From assembly GCA_023246355.1 (NCBI GenBank), contig JAHFIQ010000002.1, positions 118,229-182,228 of the forward strand: a stretch of 64,000 nucleotides of DNA, read 5' to 3'. Both the position numbers and the translations under genes were made by a program. The notes under the pieces were generated by a model, which saw only the letters and a program-made list of their open reading frames with translations, was not told the origin of the DNA and did not search any database. Positions 10,740 to 20,640 of the stretch are shown here, in pieces. Position 1 is the stretch's first letter, and each line of letters starts with the position of its first letter. This DNA is from Candidatus Uhrbacteria bacterium (lineage in GTDB: Bacteria; Patescibacteriota; Patescibacteriia; UBA9934; GWF2-40-263).

Positions 10740-12002
10740 ATGAACACGCTCCTTCGCATGTGGAAAACAACAGACGTCCGCAACAGCCTCCTGTTTATTC
10801 TGGCGATGCTGATCATTTTTCGTCTGACCGCACACGTTCCCGTTCCTGGTATTGATGCTTCTGCTTTCACAACCATTTTTCAAGGTAATCAATTTTTGGG
10901 ACTCCTCAATGTTTTTTCTGGTGGCACGCTTGAGAATTTTTCCGTGGTGGCCATGGGAGTCATGCCCTATATTACTTCTTCCATTATTTTTCAACTCCTC
11001 GGCATGATTCTTCCAGCTGTGGAGGAGATGCAAAAAGAAGAACAAGGACGACAAAAACTCAATCAGTGGACACGACTTGCGACTGTGCCTTTGGCCCTTG
11101 TGCAGGGATATGGATTGATCCTTCTGCTTTCGCAGAAGGGACAATTTTTTACGGCCGCGGGAATCGAAACCATGGCGTTTGCGATTATCAGTCTTGCGAC
11201 AGGAACGATGTTTCTCATGTGGATTGGAGAACTCATCTCCGAGAAAAATGTGGGAAACGGGATTTCCATCATTATTCTTTCTGGTATTTTGGCCGGTCTT
11301 CCAACCACCCTCAGCCAATCACTCGCGGTTTTTGATCGCTCACAGCTGGTCACTCTCATTCTGTTTGTGGTGGCGTCGGTGGTGACGGTTGTGTCCATTG
11401 TCGTCATGCATGAAGCGCAGCGAAACATTCCTGTGCAGTATGCTCGCCAAGTGCAGGGCGGCCGATTTTCAGGAGCCGTGAGTTCTCATATCCCTCTGCG
11501 TCTGAATATGAGCGGGGTGATTCCGATTATCTTTGCGGTTTCGATTATTCTGTTTCCAACCGTCCTCTCTCAGTTTTTCTTAAATGCCAAAACAGACTTC
11601 CTGCGCACCGCAGCGAACTGGACACTTCAATTTTTTCAAAATCAAATCGTCTACGGCGTGACCTACTTTGTCCTCGTTTTCTTTTTCTCCTATTTTTACA
11701 CGGCCGTGATTTTTCATCCTGATCGAGTGGCGGAGAATATTCAAAAACAGGGTGGCTTTATTCCTGGCATTCGTCCGGGGAAGCCGACAGCGGAGTATCT
11801 TGGCTGGATCGTAAATCGTGTGCTCTTGGTTGGAGCGACCTTTCTTGCTGTGGTGGCTATTCTGCCGATCATCGTGCAACAGCTCACAGGGAACGCGGCG
11901 TTGTCCTTGGGCGGCACACGCATTTTGATTACGGTCGCTGTCATTGTTGAAAGCGTGAAACAGATTCAGGCACAGATGAGCATGCGAGAGTATGATGCAT
12001 AG
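10740..12002 (+). CDS. secY: preprotein translocase subunit SecY
   Basis: Multi-TM protein with MGVMPYITSSII, GNGISIII and IPGIRPG. Confidence 0.99.
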   Translation: MNTLLRMWKTTDVRNSLLFILAMLIIFRLTAHVPVPGIDASAFTTIFQGNQFLGLLNVFSGGTLENFSVVAMGVMPYITSSIIFQLLGMILPAVEEMQKEEQGRQKLNQWTRLATVPLALVQGYGLILLLSQKGQFFTAAGIETMAFAIISLATGTMFLMWIGELISEKNVGNGISIIILSGILAGLPTTLSQSLAVFDRSQLVTLILFVVASVVTVVSIVVMHEAQRNIPVQYARQVQGGRFSGAVSSHIPLRLNMSGVIPIIFAVSIILFPTVLSQFFLNAKTDFLRTAANWTLQFFQNQIVYGVTYFVLVFFFSYFYTAVIFHPDRVAENIQKQGGFIPGIRPGKPTAEYLGWIVNRVLLVGATFLAVVAILPIIVQQLTGNAALSLGGTRILITVAVIVESVKQIQAQMSMREYDA

Positions 12003-12005
12003 AAA

Positions 12006-12029
12006 GGCGGCCCTTGTCGGGCCGTTTTT
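12006..12029 (+). terminator. intrinsic terminator after secY
   Basis: GGCGGCCC-TTGTC-GGGCCGTT followed by Ts. Confidence 0.7.
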
Positions 12030-12064
12030 AATTTTGCCATGATCTCTGCTAGACTAGGCCATGT

Positions 12065-12679
12065 ATGATCTACAAGATGTTGCTTATGGGACCACAGGGT
12101 TGCGGCAAGGGCACGCAGGCTGAGATTGTTTCAAAAATCCTTCGTGTGCCAGCTCTCAGCATGGGACAGCTCTTGCGAGATGAAATTGCCTCGGGAAGTG
12201 ATCTCGGAAAAAAATTTGACGTGATTTTAAAGCGCGGTGACCTCGTGTCTGATGAAGACGCGGCCATGATGCTCAAGCGTCGTTTGGAAAAATCTGATGC
12301 GCAAGGTGGCTACATCATCGATGGCTATCCGCGAAATCTTTCTCAGTGGAAGGCGTTTGATTTTGATACGCCCACCCATGTCATCGTGATCGATGTCCCA
12401 AGGGAGGAATCGCTGAAGCGTCTTGGGGGAAGACTCACCTGTCGAGTGTGCAACAAGGTTGGTGCCATGAAAGACGGCATCAAACCAGGTGACCTCTGTG
12501 CCTGTGGCGGGGAGTGGTATCAGCGTGACGACGACACCCCTGAGGCGATTTCGCGCCGGCTTCAGATCTATGAAAACGATACGCAGCCAGTGATTGAAAA
12601 ATATGGTGCGCTTGTGAAGCGCGTTGATGGGGTCGGTTCGGTTGAAGAAGTCGCCACCCGTATTAAACAACTGCTTTAA
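12065..12679 (+). CDS. adk: adenylate kinase
   Basis: GPQGCGKGTQA, DGYPR, Cys-containing lid and RDDD. Confidence 0.96.
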   Translation: MIYKMLLMGPQGCGKGTQAEIVSKILRVPALSMGQLLRDEIASGSDLGKKFDVILKRGDLVSDEDAAMMLKRRLEKSDAQGGYIIDGYPRNLSQWKAFDFDTPTHVIVIDVPREESLKRLGGRLTCRVCNKVGAMKDGIKPGDLCACGGEWYQRDDDTPEAISRRLQIYENDTQPVIEKYGALVKRVDGVGSVEEVATRIKQLL

Positions 12680-12680
12680 T

Positions 12681-13460
12681 ATGTCTCTCACCAAAACACC
12701 AGATGAAATCGAGAAGATGCGCCGCGGCGGGCATCTGCTTTCGCGTGCCCTCAAAGCATCCGTGGATGCTGTGGCGCCTGGCGTCATGCTGAGAGAACTC
12801 GACGCGATCGCCGAGCAGGTGATTGTTGATGGAGGCGGGAAGCCATCATTCAAAGGGTATCAACCAAGACCGTCTGACACGCCGTTTCCAAGCACGTTGT
12901 GTGTGTCCGTGAATGAAGAGATCGTGCATGGTCTTGGAAATCGCGATCGCAAGCTCAAGGAAGGAGACATCGTGGGGCTTGACATCGGTTGTTGGTTTGA
13001 AGGGTTGTGCACGGACATGGCCGTGACGGTTCCGGTTGGAGTTGTGAGTCCCGAGGCAACCAAGCTCATACAGGTCACACGCGATTCTCTCATGGCTGGA
13101 GTCGATGCGGCCCAGGTCGGCGCTGAGATTAAAGATATTAGTGCGGCGGTCGAGGATTTTGTGAAGCCCCATGGCTACGGCATCGTCCGTGCACTCGTTG
13201 GGCACGGCGTGGGTCACCAGGTGCATGAAGATCCCCATGTCCCAAATTTTGTGTCTGATCGCTATCCAAAAGTACCTATCCAAGACGGGATGTGTTTGGC
13301 GCTTGAGCCGATGCTGGGAATGGGCGGCGATTATCATGTGAAGACAGCCGAAGATGGTTGGAGTATTGTGATGGCAGATGGATCACTCGGTGCACACTTT
13401 GAAGTCACGATCGCGGTCACAAAAACAGGCACGGAAATTTTGACCCCGTTGCCTCTATGA
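12681..13460 (+). CDS. map: methionine aminopeptidase, type I
   Basis: CVSVNEEIVHG, GHGVG..HEDP and AHFE; ATG at 12681. Confidence 0.97.
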   Translation: MSLTKTPDEIEKMRRGGHLLSRALKASVDAVAPGVMLRELDAIAEQVIVDGGGKPSFKGYQPRPSDTPFPSTLCVSVNEEIVHGLGNRDRKLKEGDIVGLDIGCWFEGLCTDMAVTVPVGVVSPEATKLIQVTRDSLMAGVDAAQVGAEIKDISAAVEDFVKPHGYGIVRALVGHGVGHQVHEDPHVPNFVSDRYPKVPIQDGMCLALEPMLGMGGDYHVKTAEDGWSIVMADGSLGAHFEVTIAVTKTGTEILTPLPL

Positions 13461-13873
13461 GAATCCTCGGTATCGATTACGGTGATAAAAAAATAGGACT
13501 TGCGTTTGGGGATTCCACGGTAGGCGTGGCTGTGCCCTTGGATGTTGTTCCTAATCTTGGTGAGGAAACACTGAAAATTTTTGCCAAAAAAGTTACCGTG
13601 GATGATATTGAGTGTATTGTTGTAGGAGTGCCACTTTCTACAGGTGGACATCATTCTCCTCTCCAGCTTGAAAAGACACGAGCCTTCATCAAAGCCCTTG
13701 AGAGTGTTGTTTCTGTGCCAGTCGTGGAAGAAGATGAATCGTACACAAGCGCTGAGAGTATTCGTCTTCAGCGAGAGGAAGGCGCTCAAGCGCAGGAAGA
13801 TGCTCTCTCCGCCATGCTCATTGTTCAAGCCTATATGGAAAAGGTACAACGTAGTGAGCCTGTCGAACTATGA
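13457..13873 (+). CDS. ruvX: RuvX/YqgF pre-16S rRNA nuclease
   Basis: ILGIDYG.KKIGLA, VVGVP and DESYTS. Confidence 0.93.
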   Translation: MRILGIDYGDKKIGLAFGDSTVGVAVPLDVVPNLGEETLKIFAKKVTVDDIECIVVGVPLSTGGHHSPLQLEKTRAFIKALESVVSVPVVEEDESYTSAESIRLQREEGAQAQEDALSAMLIVQAYMEKVQRSEPVEL

Positions 13874-14352
13874 GTCACTTTTCACGCATCATTCTTCTGA
13901 TCCTTGTGTTGCTCGGTGGATTTTGGTTGTGGAAGGATCTTGGGGAGGTAGATGAGGTGGAACAGGTGGATGAGGTGGCAGAGGAAGAAGGAAGAACCGT
14001 TGCGCCAAACGAATTTGTGTCCGATGCTGGTGTTATTCTTCGCGTTCTTTCACCACTTCCGGATTCTGTCATAAGCTCGCCACTCACGATTACTGGAGAG
14101 GCTCCAGGAACATGGTACTTTGAAGGCAGTTTTCCTGTGGATCTGGTGGATGGGGCTGGGATTGTCCAAGCCCAGGGTCAGGCGCAGGCTCAGGACGATT
14201 GGATGACGTCAGAGTTTGTGCCGTTTGTTGTGACACTCGAATTTGAAAAGCCAAGTTATAGCGAAACAGGAACGCTATTTCTCCGCCGTGATAATCCTTC
14301 AGGTCTGTCCGAGAACGACGACGCGATTGAGATTCCCATTCAATTTCAATAA
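13870..14352 (+). CDS. membrane-anchored Gmad2 immunoglobulin-like domain protein
   Basis: N-terminal TM, then SPL.ITGEA.GTWYFEGSFP...WMT..FVPF...DNPSG. Confidence 0.8.
   Translation: MSHFSRIILLILVLLGGFWLWKDLGEVDEVEQVDEVAEEEGRTVAPNEFVSDAGVILRVLSPLPDSVISSPLTITGEAPGTWYFEGSFPVDLVDGAGIVQAQGQAQAQDDWMTSEFVPFVVTLEFEKPSYSETGTLFLRRDNPSGLSENDDAIEIPIQFQ
13944..13989 (+). repeat. 9-bp minisatellite (NAGGTGGAW), copy A
   Basis: GAGGTAGAT GAGGTGGAA CAGGTGGAT GAGGTGGCA; 39/41 nt identical to the reverse complement of 45055-45095. Confidence 0.8.
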
Positions 14353-14370
14353 TTCACCTCAAAGGATTTT

Positions 14371-15390
14371 ATGCGTAACCTTTTTCTCCCTCTGACGTTG
14401 TTGCTCCTTCTAGGAGCCGGGTGTTTCTCCTTGGAATCTGAGACCACAGCGGACAGCGATACGGGTGAACAGACACAGGTTGTGACTGAACCAAGCTCGG
14501 TCACTGGCGAGCCGACCGAGCCACCCACAGGTGAGCCACCCGATCAACAAGAGTCTGGTATTCAGAATCATGCTCTCTTTATTGCCTTTAGTGATGACGG
14601 AGACACATGGGACGTGAATGAAGAAACGATTGCTGAGGAAGCGTCCGTGGGGAATTTGATGGCACTGACACAGGATGCGGGTGAGTATGAGGCAGGAGAC
14701 TTGCTTGCCTATTTTGTGGATGCCAGTGAGATGGCGAAGATCGGGGAAGAACGTATTGGTCTTATCTCCTCCACGGACAACGGCAAGACCTGGAGTGAGC
14801 GTCAGAAAATCGTGATCAACGATTTGCCTGACACCATCTTGACGGTCGATCCAACAGCCGTTCAACTGGACGATGGCTCGATTCGGATTTTCTTTTTTGA
14901 CTTTTCACAGGTCGGCGGCGTGGCTCAGGAAGACTGGGATGAGGATCAAGATCACGTTATTCTCTCGGCCATCTCAACCGATGGCGAGACTTTTGATTTT
15001 GAAGGAGAGTCCTTCAGACGCGTGAACGTGACGGATCCTGAAGTGGTAAAATTCGGTGACATGTGGTTCATGTATTTGGCTGCCATGGCTGAGGACGGCA
15101 TCGCGATTGCCACAAGTGTTGACGGACAGAGTTTTGAGGATACAGGCATCGTAATCAACATGGAGGGCATTCCTGGATCATTGGTGGTAGATGATGAAGT
15201 CCAGATTTTTGGATGTAGCCGCACGGGCATCACCAGAGCGAGCTCAACAGATGGCACCACATTCTCAGAGGAAGAAATTGCCTTGCAAGTTCCGGCGTGT
15301 GATCCTGATCCCGCGATTCTTGCGGATGGATCGATTGCACTCCTCTTTAAAGGATTCTCAACAACCCTCACGATGCCCCCTGCACAATAA
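14371..15390 (+). CDS. acidic lipoprotein with Asp-box/BNR repeats (beta-propeller, glycosidase-like)
   Basis: LLLLGAGC lipobox; repeated SxDGxT(W/F) and DP motifs. Confidence 0.7.
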   Translation: MRNLFLPLTLLLLLGAGCFSLESETTADSDTGEQTQVVTEPSSVTGEPTEPPTGEPPDQQESGIQNHALFIAFSDDGDTWDVNEETIAEEASVGNLMALTQDAGEYEAGDLLAYFVDASEMAKIGEERIGLISSTDNGKTWSERQKIVINDLPDTILTVDPTAVQLDDGSIRIFFFDFSQVGGVAQEDWDEDQDHVILSAISTDGETFDFEGESFRRVNVTDPEVVKFGDMWFMYLAAMAEDGIAIATSVDGQSFEDTGIVINMEGIPGSLVVDDEVQIFGCSRTGITRASSTDGTTFSEEEIALQVPACDPDPAILADGSIALLFKGFSTTLTMPPAQ

Positions 15391-15447
15391 AATACCTCCG
15401 TCGACCAGCATCGCCCTTTTGGGCGATTTTTGGTATGCTATAGGCAT

Positions 15448-15639
15448 ATGATCAACATAAACCTTGTGAATGCTGCGGTATTTATTGCCGTGGCCGTGCT
15501 CCATGTTGTGAGGCTTCTCACCGGGGCAGAAGCAGTGATTGGCGGCATGGTGATGCCTCTGTGGCTGTCGGCCGTAGGGGTCGTGGTCGCCATTGTGCTT
15601 GCTTGGCTTAACGTGAAAGCCATATCCAAAAAAGTATGA
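15448..15639 (+). CDS. small two-TM membrane protein
   Basis: Hydrophobic 63-aa ORF after a TATGCT -10-like box; overlaps the next start codon. Confidence 0.7.
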   Translation: MININLVNAAVFIAVAVLHVVRLLTGAEAVIGGMVMPLWLSAVGVVVAIVLAWLNVKAISKKV

Positions 15640-16622
15640 GCGATCAACAACACAAAAGCACAGCCAAGGACGTGTTTTCATATTTGCTGATGATCGCCAT
15701 GCTCTATGTGGGTGTGGTGAGTTTTATTACACTTCTGTTTCAATACGTGAACGTGAAATTTCCTGACACGCTTGATTATTGGATGATGGGCGGGGCTGAT
15801 CAGGCGATGCGAGGGTCTATTTCAGCCCTCCTCATCGTCTGGCCTGTGTACATCCTCATGAGCTGGCTCATTGGCCGGGATCTCAAAGCCGATGTGAGTA
15901 AACAAGGTCTGTGGGTACGTAAGTGGCTTTTGTATCTCACCCTGTTTGTGGCAGCACTGACCGTCATCATTGATCTCATCACGCTCGTGAATACATTTTT
16001 GAACGGGGAGATTACCACGCGATTCATTTTGAAAGTGATCGTTGTGCTCCTCGTGGCTGCGGCGGTATTTGCGTATTATCTTTGGGAGCTACGTCGAGAC
16101 CCAGCAACAAAGACCCTTCTTCCTAAGCACGCTGCTCTTACCAGTTCTTTGATCGTGATCGCCGCCATTGTCGCCACGTTCCTGTTGATTGGAAGCCCTG
16201 CCAAACAACGAGATGCACGCATGGATCAGCAACGTGTTTGGGATCTGCAATCCATTCAAAGCCAAGTCCTCACCTATTGGATTCAAAAAGAGACTCTGCC
16301 TGCGACATTGGATGATTTGAAGGATCCGTTTTCAGGCTACGAGGCACCAGTGGATCCGGTCACAGGCGAGCCCTACACCTACACGGTAAAAGGCGAACTT
16401 GAATTTGATGTGTGCGCAGACTTTGAAACAGAAGTTGTTGAAGATGAAAACAATAAAGTCTATCCCGTGATGACGCCGTATGATTACAACTACGGGACAA
16501 CAGGGAACTGGGCACATGGTATTGGCACAACGTGTTTCACCCGGACGATCGATCCCGAGCTGTACGATGAAAGTGATACGGGAGGTCCAGAAGACCTGAA
16601 GAGTGTCGTCGCGCCTGAATGA
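15636..16622 (+). CDS. DUF5671-type membrane protein with a pilin-like C-terminal domain
   Basis: About 5 TM helices with RKWLLYLTLF, then D.QRV.DL..IQ...LP.TL.DL...DPVTG.PY.Y. Confidence 0.75.
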   Translation: MSDQQHKSTAKDVFSYLLMIAMLYVGVVSFITLLFQYVNVKFPDTLDYWMMGGADQAMRGSISALLIVWPVYILMSWLIGRDLKADVSKQGLWVRKWLLYLTLFVAALTVIIDLITLVNTFLNGEITTRFILKVIVVLLVAAAVFAYYLWELRRDPATKTLLPKHAALTSSLIVIAAIVATFLLIGSPAKQRDARMDQQRVWDLQSIQSQVLTYWIQKETLPATLDDLKDPFSGYEAPVDPVTGEPYTYTVKGELEFDVCADFETEVVEDENNKVYPVMTPYDYNYGTTGNWAHGIGTTCFTRTIDPELYDESDTGGPEDLKSVVAPE

Positions 16623-17395
16623 GCGTTCTCTCTCACACCACAGGTATCGTTCTTTCCCATCGCGACCACCGGGAAGCGGACCGGTGGTATTCGGTTTTTA
16701 CACCCGATCGTGGAAAGGTTGAGTTTCTGGCCCGTGGTGGACACAAGCCGCTGGCAAAACTGACACCGCATTTGGAAATGGTCGCCGTCGTGGAACTCAT
16801 GTTGGTTCACGGTCGTGCGTATCACATTGTCGCTGGAGTTGAACGTCAACGTGCGTTCGCTCACGTCTACGATGATCTGCAAAAATTGACCCTCGCCCAA
16901 AACGCTTTGCATCTGGTCGATATCGGAACGCGTGCACAAGAAGCAGACGTTCAAGTCTATCAACTCTTGGAGGATTGGCTTTCTTTCCTTGATGCAGACA
17001 CAGAACTCTCCACAGAGCGTGCTGGGTTTTTGCTTGGGGCGTTTACTCTCAAGCTCATGACGCTTATTGGGTATCGACCAGAACTTTCGCACTGTCTCAA
17101 TTGTCGCCTGAGCATTACGGCAGGATCGTATCGTTGGCATGCGCTCAAGGGTGGAGTTGTTTGTCGTGCCTGTTTCATTCACGAACAAGAACAATGGTTT
17201 TCCGCAAGAGAGATGACCGATGGAACATTGAAACTTTTACGATTTGGCATTGAGGAACCGTTTCCTGTTCACTTACGTCCACACTTGACCGGTGAAGATT
17301 TGTTGGGCTTTCACGAAGCAGTTGAATCACTGATTATTTCCCACTTTCCTACGATTCCTGCATCCTCATTGAGAGAGTCCTGCGCCGTGTGCTAG
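16619..17395 (+). CDS. recO: DNA repair protein RecO
   Basis: GIVL...EADR...T..GKV...ARG and GYRPEL.HC..C...GGVVC..C. Confidence 0.93.
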   Translation: MSVLSHTTGIVLSHRDHREADRWYSVFTPDRGKVEFLARGGHKPLAKLTPHLEMVAVVELMLVHGRAYHIVAGVERQRAFAHVYDDLQKLTLAQNALHLVDIGTRAQEADVQVYQLLEDWLSFLDADTELSTERAGFLLGAFTLKLMTLIGYRPELSHCLNCRLSITAGSYRWHALKGGVVCRACFIHEQEQWFSAREMTDGTLKLLRFGIEEPFPVHLRPHLTGEDLLGFHEAVESLIISHFPTIPASSLRESCAVC

Positions 17396-17406
17396 GCTGA
17401 TCTTCT

Positions 17407-18789
17407 ATGATCACAACCGTTTCACAGGTGAGAGAACATATCGGCCAGGAAGTTGAACTTCAAGGCTGGTGTTACAACTTTCGCTCCAGTGGGAAAATTT
17501 TCTTTTTGCAATTTCGCGATGGGACAGGTCGCGTGCAGGTGGTTTTTTCCAAGAGCGAAATTTCATCGGACCAATGGGACCTCTTGGATCAATTGCGGCT
17601 CGAGTCATCGGTGATTGTTCGTGGAATCGTAAAAGCAGAGCCCCGCGCTCCAAGTGGGTTTGAACTCCAAGGTGTCTCATTCAAGATCGTTCAGTTAGCC
17701 CAAGAAGGCTATCCGATCGGCAAAAAAGAACATGGACCAGAATTTCTTTTGGACAACCGGCATCTGTGGCTGCGCGCGGAAAGTCAATGGGCCGTGCAGC
17801 GTGTGCGTGATCGCATCATCACCTCCACCTATGAGTGGTTTCACGAAAACGGGTTTATCAAATTCGACACGCCGATTTTAACGCCGACTTCTTGTGAGGG
17901 AACGACGGAGTTGTTTGAGATGGATTATTTTGGAGAAGGGGAGAAGGTAGAACAGGGGGATGAGGTGGAAAAGGTTGGACCTCTCGGAAAAGGCGAACCA
18001 GAAAAAGTAGAAACGTCTGGTGGAACAAAGGCCTATCTTGCGCAGTCTGGTCAGCTGTATTTGGAGGCTGGCATCATGAGTCTTGGTCGCGCATTTGACT
18101 TTGGTCCCGTCTTCCGTGCAGAGAAATCAAAGACACGGCGACATCTGACCGAGTTTTGGATGATGGATGCCGAGGCAGCGTACGTCGAGCATGAAGGGAA
18201 CATGGCGATTCAAGAAGCGCTCATCTGTCGCATCGTGGCAGACGTTCTGGCACAGTGCGCGTATGAGCTCAAGGTGTTAGAACGTGACATCGAGCCGCTG
18301 AAAAAAGTTCAGGCACCGTTTGTGCATCTGACCCACGAAGAAGCAACGAAAAAATTGAGAGAACTTGGAAGTGATATTGGTGAACGCGCGGATTTGGGAG
18401 CCGATGACGAGACACTTCTCACACAGCACTATGATCGACCGATTTTCATCGAGAAATATCCGGCCGAGGTCAAAGCGTTTTACATGAAGCGCGATCCTCA
18501 CGATGACACACGGGTCCTCAACAACGATCTGCTCGCACCGGAGGGCTACGGGGAAATCATCGGGGGTTCCCAACGTGAAGACGATTACGAGACACTGCTC
18601 AAACGCATTCACGACCACGGGCTTGATCCAAAACCGTTTGACTGGTACCTCGACTTACGCCGCTATGGATCGGTTCCGCACTCGGGGTTCGGCTACGGCC
18701 TGGAACGCATCGTCGCCTGGACCTGCGGCCTTCACCACGTACGCGAAACCATTCCGTTCCCACGACTTGTAAATCGCATCAATCCCTAG
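17407..18789 (+). CDS. asnS: asparagine--tRNA ligase
   Basis: RHLWLR, SGQLY.E, FRAEKS.TRRHLTEFWM and VPHSGFGYGLER. Confidence 0.97.
   Translation: MITTVSQVREHIGQEVELQGWCYNFRSSGKIFFLQFRDGTGRVQVVFSKSEISSDQWDLLDQLRLESSVIVRGIVKAEPRAPSGFELQGVSFKIVQLAQEGYPIGKKEHGPEFLLDNRHLWLRAESQWAVQRVRDRIITSTYEWFHENGFIKFDTPILTPTSCEGTTELFEMDYFGEGEKVEQGDEVEKVGPLGKGEPEKVETSGGTKAYLAQSGQLYLEAGIMSLGRAFDFGPVFRAEKSKTRRHLTEFWMMDAEAAYVEHEGNMAIQEALICRIVADVLAQCAYELKVLERDIEPLKKVQAPFVHLTHEEATKKLRELGSDIGERADLGADDETLLTQHYDRPIFIEKYPAEVKAFYMKRDPHDDTRVLNNDLLAPEGYGEIIGGSQREDDYETLLKRIHDHGLDPKPFDWYLDLRRYGSVPHSGFGYGLERIVAWTCGLHHVRETIPFPRLVNRINP
17944..17979 (+). repeat. 9-bp minisatellite, degenerate copy B inside the asnS insertion
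   Basis: AAGGTAGAA CAGGGGGAT GAGGTGGAA AAGGTTGGA. Confidence 0.6.
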
Positions 18790-18790
18790 T

Positions 18791-20056
18791 ATGAAATCCT
18801 TCAAAACGCTTCTCTTACTCATCGTCATTGTCCTTATCGGAGGCTTGGGGTTTCTGTACTGGGCCAGCTTTGTGGATCAGACAACGGAGCCGATCGCTGA
18901 GGTGTCTGAGGAGCAAGAAGCGCAGGAGACGCAGGAGCCAGAGAATGTCGGCCCAGGAACGTATCTCATTTTTCAATCAGTCCGTACGACCGACGCAGGA
19001 GAACAAGACTGGGCGAATGATGATACACAGACCTATACGTTTTACCGTCTCGCACTAGGCGAAGCGACCTATCGAGCAAATCCTTCCTCGGAAGATCTTG
19101 TTGCGTTTGCGACGGTTGAGCATGGACCGGAGTTTGGGGGAGGACTGACGACCACGATCTTTGGAGAAAATCTTTTGATGCATCGATACCAGACCAGTCG
19201 TGTGTACGACGCCGTGAATGGACGTCCAGAGGAGGGGACAGAGCAAGATGGACTGATGTCACTCACAGGGGAAATTGTGAAAACACGACCAGAGCAGTGG
19301 GGTTCGATTCGTTCAAAGAATGGACGGTACGAGGTGACGTGGAATTCTTTGTACGATGAGATTGAACAGAACATCCTTGTCACAGACACACTTAGCGGTG
19401 AGATCGTGGCACAGGTTGATCCCGCATCCATTATGGAATCGTCTCGTTGGACGGCTGAACCGTTTGCGATGAATAACCTTGGAACGTATCTGTATCTGCA
19501 CGAGGTATGTGGCTGTGAGGCATCGTTGTCTGGCTATTGGGAAGTGAATCTAAAGACTGGCGAGATCCGGGACTTACAGAAACTGTTTGATCTCCCTTCG
19601 TGGAGTCAGACAAATTTGGATCCAGACACTGGGCGACTGCTTGTCATCGATGAGGCTCGTGAAGCAAGTAGTGAGGGGCCATTTGATGAACTGGTGCCTC
19701 CCTCAACGGTCCGGTTGATCGATCTTGATTCTAGTGAGACAACCAACCTGTTTACCGATGAAGCACAGGCCTATGGTCGTCCGTTGCTTGATGCTTCAGG
19801 CCAAGATTCTTATCTGTTGAGACCCTGGAAAGAAGGAAACGAGATCTGGCTTTTTGGACTTGAGGATGACGAGGCACAAGAGGCTGAGAAACTCACGGAT
19901 GGTTGGGTGATGGACTGGGTCGGTGACTGGTTGGTCGTCGACGATAATCAAATCCTGAGTCTGTTTAATTTGGAAACACGAGGATCGATGACGCTGGTCG
20001 TCCCCGATGGAGCTGAACGGTTCGAATATGTCGGGTCGGTTGTGATAGGCGAATAG
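18791..20056 (+). CDS. membrane-anchored acidic extracellular protein, probably a beta-propeller
   Basis: N-terminal TM, beta-strand-like repeats and a CGC motif; no family recognised. Confidence 0.7.
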   Translation: MKSFKTLLLLIVIVLIGGLGFLYWASFVDQTTEPIAEVSEEQEAQETQEPENVGPGTYLIFQSVRTTDAGEQDWANDDTQTYTFYRLALGEATYRANPSSEDLVAFATVEHGPEFGGGLTTTIFGENLLMHRYQTSRVYDAVNGRPEEGTEQDGLMSLTGEIVKTRPEQWGSIRSKNGRYEVTWNSLYDEIEQNILVTDTLSGEIVAQVDPASIMESSRWTAEPFAMNNLGTYLYLHEVCGCEASLSGYWEVNLKTGEIRDLQKLFDLPSWSQTNLDPDTGRLLVIDEAREASSEGPFDELVPPSTVRLIDLDSSETTNLFTDEAQAYGRPLLDASGQDSYLLRPWKEGNEIWLFGLEDDEAQEAEKLTDGWVMDWVGDWLVVDDNQILSLFNLETRGSMTLVVPDGAERFEYVGSVVIGE

Positions 20057-20065
20057 ATTTCAGCT

Positions 20066-20566
20066 ATGGTTTCATCAGAAAATAATTACGCCTTCATTGA
20101 TAGTCAGAATGTGAATCTTGCAATTCGGGCGCAGGGGTGGAAATTAGATTTCAAACGTTTCCGAGTGTATCTTCGAGACAAATATCAAGTCGAGAAAGCC
20201 TATTTGTTTATTGGGTACATACCTGGCAATCAAGGTCTTTATAATGATCTCCAGAGTGCTGGGTTTAATTGTATCTTTAAACCAACTCTGCAATATAAGG
20301 ATGGAACAACGAAAGGGAACTGCGATGCGGAACTTGTCCTGTGGTCAATGATAGAGTTGGGAAATTACAAAAAGGCTGTTATCGTGACAGGTGACGGTGA
20401 TTTTTACTGCCTTGTCGATTATTTGCTTAACCAAAAGAAACTTGAGGCCGTATTAATCCCAAACCAGTATCACTTTTCGGGGCTTCTTAAATTTAAGCAT
20501 TTTCGTCCTTTTCTCCGCTACATGAATGGGCTCCGAGATAAGCTAAAAAAAGAAAGGGCCCCATAA
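20066..20566 (+). CDS. NYN/LabA (DUF88) PIN-like ribonuclease
   Basis: AFIDSQN, KGNCDAELV and TGDGDF catalytic Asp motifs; visibly more AT-rich than its flanks. Confidence 0.9.
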   Translation: MVSSENNYAFIDSQNVNLAIRAQGWKLDFKRFRVYLRDKYQVEKAYLFIGYIPGNQGLYNDLQSAGFNCIFKPTLQYKDGTTKGNCDAELVLWSMIELGNYKKAVIVTGDGDFYCLVDYLLNQKKLEAVLIPNQYHFSGLLKFKHFRPFLRYMNGLRDKLKKERAP

Positions 20567-20603
20567 GGACGAGACCTTATAGGGCTTACTTTCCGTTGGT
20601 GAT
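20545..20603 (-). ncRNA. putative small RNA 1, convergent on and overlapping the NYN gene 3' end
   Basis: Minus-strand promoter TTGACA (20633-38)-17 nt-TACTCT (20610-15) with extended TG. Predicted RNA ATCACCAACGGAAAG..GCCCTATAAGG-TCTCGT-CCTTATGGGGC.CTTTC plus U7. No ORF follows the promoter. Confidence 0.6.
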
Positions 20604-20640
20604 AAATAAAGAGTATCATCGCTGTGAAAAGTTGTCAAAC

